DNA of 61,748 nucleotides, filler included, from Pirum gemmata (Eukaryota): NCBI GenBank assembly GCA_002812295.1. It is 17 parts of 17 records of this genome, joined end to end, with 100 filler letters (N's around TTAATTAATTAA, not from the genome) between each part and the next. Parts side by side here need not be neighbours in the genome. Positions count along the whole stretch, not along the records: positions 48,513 to 51,758 come from PDIN01003090.1; positions 51,859 to 55,082 come from PDIN01003091.1; positions 55,183 to 58,407 come from PDIN01003092.1; positions 58,508 to 61,748 come from PDIN01003093.1; 13 more parts are not named here. One strand, 5' to 3'. Shown piece by piece: positions 51,357 to 61,748 of this stretch (position 1 is its first letter; each line of letters starts with the position of its first letter). The notes under the pieces were generated by a model. It saw only the letters and a program-made list of their open reading frames with translations, ran no database searches and was not told where the DNA came from. The position numbers and the translations under genes were made by a program.

Positions 51357-51705
51357 TGCTACGTGGATCTCTATTTTAGCATGTTGCTTTGTGAGTTGTT
51401 GTTGTATACCATTCTTAGTAGAACCAGGAAAAGATACCGAGTATGTTTGCTCCAAGTGTCACAGAAATATTGGAACAAAAAAAGTCATTTTTAATTAATT
51501 AATTTCTTTGTGGGTTGTTGTTGTGTACCATTCTTAATCGAACCAGGCAAAGATACAGAAAACGTTTGCTCTAAGTGTCACAGAAATATTGGAATAAAAA
51601 GTCATTTAATTAATTGATTAACATTTTTAATTAATTTCTTCGAATTCATAACTTGACATTTATTAAAATATTGTGTCTCTCTAAATACGGAATATTTATA
51701 CAATA
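51357..51705 (+). pseudogene. Two degenerate tandem copies of the LITAF 3' end (51357-51500, 51505-51615, with a 3'UTR-like copy to about 51705)
   Basis: Near-identical TTGTTGTTGTATACCATT...GAACCAGG...AAGTGTCACAGAAATATTGGAA repeated twice downstream of the stop. Confidence 0.9.
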
Positions 51706-52449
51706 AATTTAAAGTTCATTTTTTTTTACATTTTTTGAAATTCAAATTTGTTATAATTNNNNNNNNNNNNNNNNNNNNNNNNNNNNNNNNNNNNNNNNNN
51801 NNTTAATTAATTAANNNNNNNNNNNNNNNNNNNNNNNNNNNNNNNNNNNNNNNNNNNNAAAAAAAAAAAAAAAAAAAAAATTTTAAAAAAAAAAAAAATG
51901 GGCGTAAGATATTTTAAAAATTTGTTAGTGTATTGGAAAAACACTAACAATTTGTATCACTTTGCCTTCGCCGAGATCTATAATTTATAAAGTACAAAAA
52001 ATTATGCAAAATCTTGGGATCTAAGTCCTATGGACAAAATTTCGAAAACATGTTCAATTTATTTTTTAAAAATTTTTAAAAAATTGTTTTGTAGATTCGA
52101 ACTTTCACGTTCATGGTTTCCAGTAACGGTCCAAACTGTGGCAAACAGGGCCAAGTTTATACAAATATTTTTTTTGACCAATAAATATAAATTTACCTAT
52201 TTAATGTCAATTTAATTGGCTAAATCTTTTAATACTTTTCATTTTTGAGCATTTTAGGAGTATTTTAGGAGTATTTTAGGCATTTTTTGAGTATGTTATT
52301 GCCAATTTATTGGCTAGAATTTATTGGTGGAAAAGAAGCTGTTTTTTTTTTTGATCCAGTTTTTTGATTTTGATCTAACCCTAACCCCAACACTTAAAAA
52401 AAACCAACCCTAACCCTAGCTAGCTAGAGCTAGGTACCTAGCTAACCCA

Positions 52450-52810
52450 ACCCTAACCCTAAACCCTAACCCTAAGACTCCCTAATCCTAACTGGTGAGT
52501 TGTCTCTTAACATTTTTTAAAAAATTTAGGCATGTTTTTTAAAAAAAATGAATGAATATAAATTATATAATATAATAAGATATACCAAATTAAATTAAAT
52601 GGATTTATACTGTACTAATTTGGTACCCTTTTGGTATATCCCCTAATCCTAACCCTAAACCCTAACCCTAAGACTCCCTAATCATAACTGGTGAGTTATA
52701 GACCCCCCACTAACATTTTTTAAAAAATTCAGACAGTTTTTTAATTAAAAAATGAATGAATATAATATAATAAGATATTATACCAAATTAAATTAAATGG
52801 ATTTATACTA
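52450..52810. repeat. About 190-200-bp direct tandem repeat combining CCCTAA-like sequence and a family A fragment
   Basis: CCCTAAACCCTAACCCTAAGACTCCCTAATC...ATACCAAATTAAATTAAATGGATTTATACT occurs twice. Confidence 0.8.
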
Positions 52811-53031
52811 ATGAAAAGTACTATTTTAAATTGAGTGAATTTGAGAAAAGTAATGCTAAATGTCAAGAATGGAGTTAGGTAGGGGTTGGGGTTAATATTA
52901 TTTTTTAAATTGAATGATTATTATGATTATTTTAGATTAAAAAAACAACAAAAACTAAAAGCATAATTTTCATTATTATTATTATTATTTTATTATTTTT
53001 TATTTTTTTCTTAATTTAAATTTAAAAATTT

Positions 53032-54048
53032 TTACACCATCAATTTTTCTTTTGTGGTAACTCCAGATTGTCGCTCTAATACAAGCATATTAGAATTCAT
53101 TCTTTCATTGAACATTTGAACTTTATCCTCTTCTACTAAACCAGAACAACAAAAGATAGGTTCGAAAGTTTCCATTAATTGGTCGTAAAAAGAAGGTTGT
53201 TGGCGGTCTAATTGCATAGCTAAAACTTGTTCATCAATCATATCTTCCAGGTCCATTGTGTCTACACTATTAAAAGTAGCACAACTGTTAGAACGACCAT
53301 CATCTCTAATTAAAAAGCTCATTTTTTCAAGTCTGTTCATATCTTCCACTGACATATCACCACTCTCATTGGCTCGCATAGAGTAACGATCAACAGTGTT
53401 ACCCTTTTCACCACTTTTCATTTGTCGACTCAATACAGTTTTCGAATAAGATCGTTCCCGTAAGTAAGTATCCAGTTCTTCGTCAGCATCACTTTCAGAA
53501 ATATTTTCGTCTTCATTCATAAGCATGTCTAAACTGTTTTTTCTTTCTTGTTCTGCGAGGTCATTTTCGTTTTCAATCAAAGGTCTTAGTACTGTATGCC
53601 ACATAGTTAATTCGATATCTGACCTAAAGGTTAAAAACCATTGTTTAAAATCACCTGCGTCAGCTAAAATCATGGTATAACCGTCTCTGAAATCATCATA
53701 ATCACCATTATCAAGTACACGACAAGATACAAACATATTACCAACATTTTTTCGTAATTCAGGCTTGGCTCCATTCTGACTAGAGCTAACATCTTTATGC
53801 AATTCCATAATACCATTTGTACGCAGAATTACATAATAATAATTTCCTTTTTCTCGCTTAGTTTGTGCAACAAAACAATAATCATGCTTAACTACATTGT
53901 TATCCATTGTCAATGTGGTTTTCTCCATAGGAGTAATATTAGGTAAATTGGAAGTAGAATTATCTGTACCAGGAATCATTTCTGATTGTTGGTTTTGAAC
54001 TTCAGGCTCTGATTCCATACTTAAAATCGAAGGTTGATTAGAAATAGG

Positions 54049-54086
<38 letters not shown>

Positions 54087-55014
54087 GCTGTTGTTGTTGC
54101 TGTTGTTGTTGCTGTTGTTGTTGTTGTAAATCAAATAAAGACTGTGAGTTAAGTTGATTTGTTTTTGGAGGGGGTACCATAACATCCGGGTCACTACTTA
54201 TTACACTGAAATCATTGTCAAATGAGTTACTATTTCCAACTTCTGGTGTTTGTCCGCCGGTAAGATCGAAAAGAATCTCACTTGAGCTACTTGGGCTGAT
54301 TTGCAAATTAGACACACTTGAGCTAGGAGAAACCCGCTGGAAACTACTTATACTAACAGATGGCTGTAAAAAATCAGAACTTCCAAGCTCAAGTGGCAAT
54401 GATATTTCAGTAGGGATCTCGTCATTCTTAGTATTTTTGGATTTTCTTTTCGAACTCATAGACAAAGTGCGAGAAATTTTTTTCATGCTTGGAACACGTG
54501 ATAAAGTTGAAGTGATTGAAACAGTGTCTTCATCTTTTTCTTTATTTTCATGAATGCTAGTTTTTGAACTTCGTCGGCTTTTTGCTTCTTTTTCCTCTTT
54601 CTTTTCGGATTTGGAAGCCCGGCGACTTAAAGATTTAAAACTCTTCCTTCGTTTCTTTTTCTCACCTTCATTGTCTTGGTCATCATCATTATTACCCATA
54701 AAAAAATCATTATCGTTACCTGCACCACTATTAGTTGAAACTATGGATCCCCGGCGTGAATTTTGTCGAGAGTTTTGTTTAGAACTTTTTGCACTTTTAC
54801 TAGCTTGCTCTTTATGTTTTTTACTACTCATACTCATTTTCTTTTTATCTTTTTCATAAGTGCCATTGCTACAGTTAGGTAGGTTACGATTAACTCCTGG
54901 ACCAAGACATGGGGCTTTTATAGTTTCACTTATTAATCTTAACCATAATTTCATTTCATTCTCACCGTTACAAATAAATATTTGAGTTTTAGTATCTCCG
55001 GTTTCATGAGGAAT
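53032..55014 (-). CDS. Last exon of a protein with at least two PH-like domains
   Basis: After an AG acceptor the exon begins IPHETGDTKTQIFICNGENEMKLWLRLISETI (PH C-terminal strand and helix). A second PH-like region YYYVILRTNGIMELHKD...WFLTFRSDIELTMWHTVL follows a Ser/Lys-rich and poly-Q linker. Confidence 0.75.
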
Positions 55015-55269
55015 CTAATAACACATACAAAAAAATATTGTTTTTAATTAGTAAAAGGAATTAAATCAAAATAATAATAATANNNNNNNNNNNNNNNNNN
55101 NNNNNNNNNNNNNNNNNNNNNNNNNNTTAATTAATTAANNNNNNNNNNNNNNNNNNNNNNNNNNNNNNNNNNNNNNNNNNNNTTTGGTACCAGGTTCTAC
55201 TACTAGCTAGTAGCTAGCTCTAGACTAGATAGGTCTCGGTCCTACTAGCTAGCTGGACTACTAGCTAGG

Positions 55270-55303
<34 letters not shown>

Positions 55304-58300
55304 ACCCCAGTTTTGAACCCAGTTTTTTTTTGCCATCATTGTGATGCTACTAGCTAGCTAGTAGCTAGTCATTGTGATGAGGCCCAAAAATACAGGTAGG
55401 TGTGAGTAATGACGTCATTTTTTATTCAGGAATGTTTTTGAAAACCTTGAGCTATCATATATAATAAGACTATACGAGTTCTGCTCGAAATTTTGAGAGC
55501 ACAATGAACTGAATGAAGTGTTCCGAAAACCCCACTCAAATTTTATTTCTTTTTTTATAACTTTTTTTATCAGGCCAAATTCCAGAATCAAAGAGAACCA
55601 ACCACTAGCTAGCTAGAGTTCTAGCTAGCTAGCGCTACTCTAGCTAGCTAGAGGAACCATATCAGCAGTATATCAGCTACCATCTACTATAGCTATGCTG
55701 TCTATAGTCTGTCTATGCTGTATTATTTTTAATAGCCTGTAGACTATAGCTATGAGCTAGAGTATTGAGAGTTTAATAATAATAATAATAATTATAATAA
55801 TAATAATGTATAAATGAAACTCTTATTAGCATTAGACAACTATTATTATATTAATCCAAGCTAACATTAGACAACTAGTAGACATAAAGAGAACCTTGTC
55901 CTTGCTTTTGTTTGTTTTGGTTTGCTTTGGTTGTTTTAAAACTTTTTTTTTCATTGCTCACACTGAGAAACCCAAAAAAATAGTAATATAAGAGCATCAG
56001 TAATCTAGCATCGGTAATAATAATAACAGTAATAGTAATAGTAATATATAAGTAATAATGTTATATATAGTAATAGCTATCATAGTAAGAGCAGTAGTAG
56101 CATTTAGTAACATTAAATCAATAGTAATATATAATACTAACACAAAAGTTGGTAATTGAATAGTGATAATAGACTCATATTAAAATTGTTACTAGTATTT
56201 TCACCTGATATCGCTATAATAATATGATAGTAGCATATTATGTATTATGATTAAACTAGTTAGTAGTCTATGATATATGTTGCTAGGCTATCAAGCTGTT
56301 ACTAGTTTATCCATACTATGATAACATTGATAAGTCTATGATAAATACAATAATAATAATAATACCATCATAAATAATATATAGCTATAGTGTATGATCC
56401 AGGAAGTATATAGATATCATTAGTAGTATCGATACTATGGATAGTAGTAGTAAGTAAGTCTAGCTAGCTAGCTAGCTAGCTACTAGTGAGTAGCCCTGTA
56501 AACTTTCCATATGATATCGATACCTTGAGTTTTTTTCATCCGAGTATTACAAATGAACTGTAAAATGGAAAAAAGTACTAGTTTCATAGTTTTCTCTTCT
56601 CCTGTAGTTTTCTCCTGGTAGCTAGCTAGCTAGTAGTAGTTTTCTCCGTGTTTTCTCAGTGTTTTCTCTGAGTAGACTGGGGTCTAGCTAGTCTACCAGT
56701 AGACTAGTTTTTTTTTTTTTTTTGGTTGTGCTCAGCTCTTGCCTCCCGGTGACATGTGATTTTTGAAGAAAAAGTTTTTAGTGAAAAACTTGTTATAGTA
56801 GTAACTACTATGTTAAAGTTCAATTATATGATACACTTAAAATTAAACAGAACCCTGAAACAATACCAAATTAAAGATCGAGAAGACCCCTGTATGATCA
56901 CAGTGGTAATGAGAATGGTTGTTATAGACCACATTTATCGGTCTAAAGCCATAAACATAGACCTGAGACATAGACTAAACAATGCAATATAAAATACAGC
57001 ATTATACTAGCATTATACCATGAGACCTGCATGATTAATTATACCATGAGAACTAAACACTAATTAGGGTTTAATTCTCAAGATTATACAAGCTTAAGAA
57101 AAATAATAATTTTAATTAAAATCCTTATAAAACACAAAATTAGTTAAAACATGTGTGATAGTTTTATTTACTATAAAGTACGTTTATTTCAATTTTGAAT
57201 TAGACAAAACTATTGAAAAACACGATACAATATTAATACTAGTACGTATACTATTATCATAATATAAGATTTACTTACATCACTACCCTAGGGTATACAA
57301 GTTATATTGATAAATGTAGTATAAAGTTGCTTATTCTTGTGACTTTTCAATCATGTGCATATATATGTGTATCAAATTTACATAATTTGGAAAAATGACA
57401 ATATTAATTAATGTCCATAGAAATACTGATAATATTATATTGAATTGATATTATTTTAATGGCACTATTAATAAAATATTAAATATCAGTATTAATATTA
57501 ATTACTAGTATAATACATCTCTAGTTATTTATTTATATAATATATTATATGTATATAATTGTTTGTTTCTAACGTTGTGGTGTGATATGGTAAGTACAGT
57601 TTATTAAAATGCTAAATAATATTAATTGTATCCATTTTTTTCTTATAGTTTTAATTTAAACATTATTTAGTGTTTTCTAAAGGGCAATACCAATAATATT
57701 TAAATATTACATAATGATTATCATATTATTAAGTTTTTACAATTCTTCACAATAATATCAAATTGTCGTCGGATCATTATCCTTTAATGATTTTTTGTTT
57801 ATTTGATACCTTCCAATTCAGAGGTTCTTTAAATCATGTGTTTTTAACAGTTTAAAATTTTAAATATTAATAAAATAATTCTTCAATATAATATTATAAT
57901 AATATTTATATATATAATTAATCTGATAGTTTTTGTTTCTATTTAAAAAAATAAGTAATACGAAAAGCTCTTATTGTTTACTCTTGAATGAGACCACGTG
58001 GTATGCTAGCATCGATAATCAGGCCACACTTTTTAATTAAGACCACTCATTATCGATAGACCCATCAAAAATAAAGTTATCATAATATCATAACCACAAC
58101 TATAACCACCCTACATATTACCACCAGCATTGATAGCTAGCTATATCATGATATATCGATATATTATGATAGCAGCTCTAGCGTTAGTAGCTACTATAGC
58201 TAGCTAGCTAGGGGTATCTGATAAACCCCGCCCAGTCCCAGGCACTACAGTACTGGCACTACGTATATCACATCTTGCCAGCTCAAGTTCGGTTAGCTAG

Positions 58301-58348
58301 CCTGTTGTTTTCTCCAGAGTTTTATTATTATTATTATTAAAATATTGC

Positions 58349-58381
<33 letters not shown>

Positions 58382-58629
58382 CATCATGATAATGATAATG
58401 ATGATGANNNNNNNNNNNNNNNNNNNNNNNNNNNNNNNNNNNNNNNNNNNNTTAATTAATTAANNNNNNNNNNNNNNNNNNNNNNNNNNNNNNNNNNNNN
58501 NNNNNNNTATTATTATTATTATTATTATTACTATTATTTATTTATTTATTTATTATAGATAATATTATACCATCCATCGTGTGATGATTCGTATAATACT
58601 GAAGCTGTAGAGTCTAGCTAGTGCCACCT

Positions 58630-59033
58630 GGAGCTTTCAAATAATACGTCACGTCAAAGGGTAGGTAGGTAGGTGCTATTTGACCGGAAATTAACGTCAA
58701 GGGGTAGGTAGGTAGGGGTATTTGGTTACGTAGTATTTGAACTGACTGTAGAGAGACACCAGCGCCGTCATCTTGATGAGCAAATCATCTGAGCAAATAG
58801 TCTATATAAAAAATAAAAATAAAAATAAAAAAAAAACCAGTTATGAAAGACCCAAATCTGGTTCCATATAATACTTAGTTTAGGAAGCGTTCAAATAATA
58901 CGTCACGTCAAGGGGTGGGTAGTTAGGTGGTATTTGACCGGAAATTAACGTCGAAGAGTAGGTATGATAGGTAGGGGTATTTGAAGCTGTATTAAATTTT
59001 GACAGGAAGTTGGCGTTACGTAGTAGTATTTGA
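58630..59033 (+). mobile_element. Two family C MITE-like copies (58630-58741, 58883-59033)
   Basis: GGAAGCGTTCAAATAATACGTCACG start; CGTTACGTAGTAGTATTTGAA end; (GTAG)n core. Confidence 0.7.
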
Positions 59034-59058
59034 ATAGTAGAACAATAACTAGAACAAT

Positions 59059-59095
<37 letters not shown>

Positions 59096-59207
59096 TCTTT
59101 TTTTTTTTTTTTTTTTTTTTNNNNNNNNNNNNNNNNNNNNNNNNNNNNNNNNNNNNNNNNNNNNNNNNNNNNNNNNNNNNNNNNNNNNNNNNNNNNNNNN
59201 NNNNTGG

Positions 59208-59261
<54 letters not shown>

Positions 59262-59262
59262 C

Positions 59263-59312
<50 letters not shown>

Positions 59313-59339
59313 CCTAGGAAAAAGAAATCATGGAGTCTT

Positions 59340-59525
59340 TGACAAAAAACCTTTAATGCCAATTACTATCCAAATTATTTTTAAAATCTAGCCATTGGTT
59401 CATAATAGAGTTTTCTTAGTTACAACGTTACTCAAACTTTAATAGCCTAATTTCATTAAAATTGGATTTTTTTGAGATTTTTTGGGTTTTTGAGCACTTT
59501 ATGGAGGAGGTCGTCATTTTCATCC
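59340..59525 (-). mobile_element. MITE family D, diverged inverted copy
   Basis: GGTTCATAATAGAGTTTTCTTAGTTA...GAGATTTTTTGG is the reverse complement of the family D core. Confidence 0.55.
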
Positions 59526-59887
59526 AATATAATATATAAAAAAAGGAGGGGCAGTAAATTACAGTTATATCTATAGACTTCTATATGATAGTTAAATTTA
59601 AAGTTACAAAGTTGTTACAATTTATTGATTTGTTTCATAATACTTTATTATAAGTTAATGATTTGATTATCACTTGGTTTTGACTTGTTGTACTGCTCAT
59701 AATATATAGGCTATGATAAGCAATTGTATTGTTCTTTTGTTAACAGAAATATTGGTTTTTAAACTTTGTTCCTGGTATTAAAGCGTTGTAGTCGTTGCTG
59801 TGGATATTGTTGGAGATCCATGTGGAGGCACACCGTAAAGGTTCGAGATCCTAGCTAGTCTAGCTCCTGTAACTACTGTAACTAGCT

Positions 59888-60079
59888 ATAGTGCTTTTCA
59901 GTTATTTTTGGCGTTATAAAATATACAATAAATAGTACCAAATTTATACAATATAAATCCATTTTATTAAATTTGGTATATTTTATTATATATCTATTTA
60001 TTTAAAAGTATCAGTTTAAATATTATAAACAATCAAATAAATATTAATATTTGGAGTGACAAATAAATGAAAAGCACGA
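59888..60079 (+). mobile_element. MITE family A full copy
   Basis: GTGCTTTTCAGTTATTT ... AAATAAATGAAAAGCAC inverted ends. Confidence 0.8.
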
Positions 60080-60208
60080 CACTAGAGTAGACAGTTAGAA
60101 GTACTTCGTATATTTTAATAATTATCTCACAGACTAATTACCTATCGATAGTACCAGTACCACAGTTAGTAGACTATAGATAAATCTACTGAATTGTGGC
60201 TGTCTTTA

Positions 60209-60461
60209 GGGAGCGTTCAACAATTACGTAACGCCGATTTGGGACAAAAACCTACCCTACTACCCCCCATGTAACGGCCTATCACGTTTGAGAAGGACTA
60301 CCTACCCCTTATGACGTAACGATTTGGAAAATAGTACCCTAATTTTTTTTTGCGTTATGTCATATTACGAAAACCTACCCCCCTACTGCGTCACGGCCTG
60401 TCACAAAAATCCGAACCCCCCCTACCTACCCCCCAGCGTTACGTAATTATTGAACGCTCCC
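60209..60461. mobile_element. Tourist/PIF-Harbinger-like MITE with 26-bp TIRs
   Basis: TTA|GGGAGCGTTCAACAATTACGTAACGC ... GCGTTACGTAATTATTGAACGCTCCC|TAA (one mismatch). Confidence 0.9.
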
Positions 60462-60735
60462 TAAGTGGTCCAGTCAACCCCAAGTCAAACGGTCAATCTG
60501 CTCCGCAGACAGTCTGTATCAGATATTAAAAATGGTAAAGTCACTAATAAACTATCCAATAACTCTCTAGCTAGCTAGGAGCTACTCTAGACTCTAGCTA
60601 GAGATTACCATGAAAGTAGTCGACGCAAACACAAACGCTATTTTTTGAAGTAATAATAACTACTGATAGCTTTATTACAGTATTACTATTACAGTGTTGA
60701 CAGTAGTAGTATGATAGATTATGAAGGTAATAAAT

Positions 60736-60930
60736 ATTGTGCTTTTCAGTTGTTTTGTCATCATAAAATATACAATAAAGAGTACCAAATAAATACAATA
60801 TTAAAACCATTTAATTTAAAATTTGGTATATTATATTATCTATTTATTCATTTAAAAGTGTCAACTTAAATATTATAACCAACCAAATAAATATTCAGAG
60901 TGCCCGACAAAATAAATGAAACGCACTATA
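60736..60930 (+). mobile_element. MITE family A full copy
   Basis: GTGCTTTTCAGTTGTTTTGTC ... GACAAAATAAATGAAACGCAC. Confidence 0.8.
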
Positions 60931-61061
60931 ATATCTATAGACAAAACCTAGTAGACAAAACTGTGTAGTCTATCAGTCTAGAGTCTAGACTAATTGTAGT
61001 TGTGTAGACTTTGTGTAGATAAATATTTTTGAAGTTCAAAACAGTCTACTATTTTATACTA

Positions 61062-61226
61062 AGCGAGTGTTTTAAAATACTACGTTTAATTAACGTTAAA
61101 CGCCAATTTCCGGTCCATACAGCTTCAAATACCCCTCCCCTGCCTACCTACCCCTCGACGTTGATTTCCGGTCAAATACCACCTACCTACCTACCCCTTG
61201 ACGTGATGTATTATTTGAACACTCCC
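61062..61226 (-). mobile_element. Family C MITE-like copy (inverted)
   Basis: Reverse complement of 58883-59033; ends ATTATTTGAACACTCCC followed by TTAA. Confidence 0.7.
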
Positions 61227-61476
61227 TTAATTAAGTCTACGTTAGTCTACGTTCCATTTTTATTAAAATCAAGAACCTTTTAGGAAAACCTTTCCTGGGT
61301 TCTTGTTTTAATTAATAAAATAGAAACCTATTTAAATATATACTGATATCATATTTATAATATTATATATCAAATTCTGTATCTATTATACCCATTACAC
61401 AGAACAACATTTTCTATGATAAAACTTGATAGAGCTACTAGAGGGAATTTTTATGATAATGCTATTTATGATAACG

Positions 61477-61600
61477 TAGAAATTGTAGTTTTGTAGAAAT
61501 TATTGTAGTTTTGTAGAAATAATTATTGTAGTTTTGTAGAAATTGCCAGAAATTGTAGTTTTGAAGAAATTGTAGTTTTGTACATAGTTTTGTGAATATT
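61477..61600. repeat. Minisatellite with ~17-bp unit AGAAATTGTAGTTTTGT
   Basis: About 6 imperfect tandem copies. Confidence 0.8.
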
Positions 61601-61748
61601 GCCAATTTTGCCAAATAACAGTACTTTTTTAGACGATTTTTCTATTGGTTTTCTGTGGTGATGAAAAAGCTTGAAAAATTAATGCCAAAAAAAACTAAAA
61701 AAAAACTGCAAACCCACAAACCAAATAAAAGTCGAAAAAAAAAGTAGG

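Noticed and set aside
59785..59852. GGTTCGAGATCC resembling a tRNA T-loop/B-box (also the hairpin GACCTCGCAAGGTC at 1850)
   Set aside because: No cloverleaf, A-box or acceptor stem could be built.

Overview
This is not one locus. It is 17 unrelated contigs or scaffolds (mostly about 3.2 kb) from a fragmented assembly, joined by an artificial 100-bp spacer (N44-TTAATTAATTAA-N44, with stops in all six frames). Gene neighbourhoods therefore only mean something within one segment. The DNA is from a very AT-rich, microsatellite-laden eukaryote with GT-AG introns and abundant interstitial TTAGGG. A unicellular holozoan such as an ichthyosporean is my inference, not something I can prove. Recognisable genes: a germin-like cupin, a Kex2-type repeat precursor, two NMNAT/NadD-like genes, a small Cys-rich secreted protein, the last exon of ChaC, a Penelope-like reverse transcriptase, a group-X (plant-like) phosphofructokinase, GH114 and GH16 hydrolases, a GATA factor, an NOS-like reductase, a TSP1 surface protein, a LITAF protein, a PH-domain protein and an odd SAP/His-Me-like/thioredoxin fusion. 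At least six MITE-like inverted-repeat families are present. The most interesting signals: (1) an open Penelope-like RT frame with no C-terminal endonuclease and a poly-Asn leader, embedded in (AAT)n; (2) the SAP+His-Me-like+thioredoxin fusion and a thermonuclease fragment, both virus-like; (3) an in-frame TGA inside the TM helix of the TSP1 protein, followed by an intact cytoplasmic tail; (4) an NOS-type reductase; (5) a candidalysin/Rep1-like peptide precursor; (6) recurrent local duplication of gene ends. All calls come from reading motifs by eye; no searches were run.
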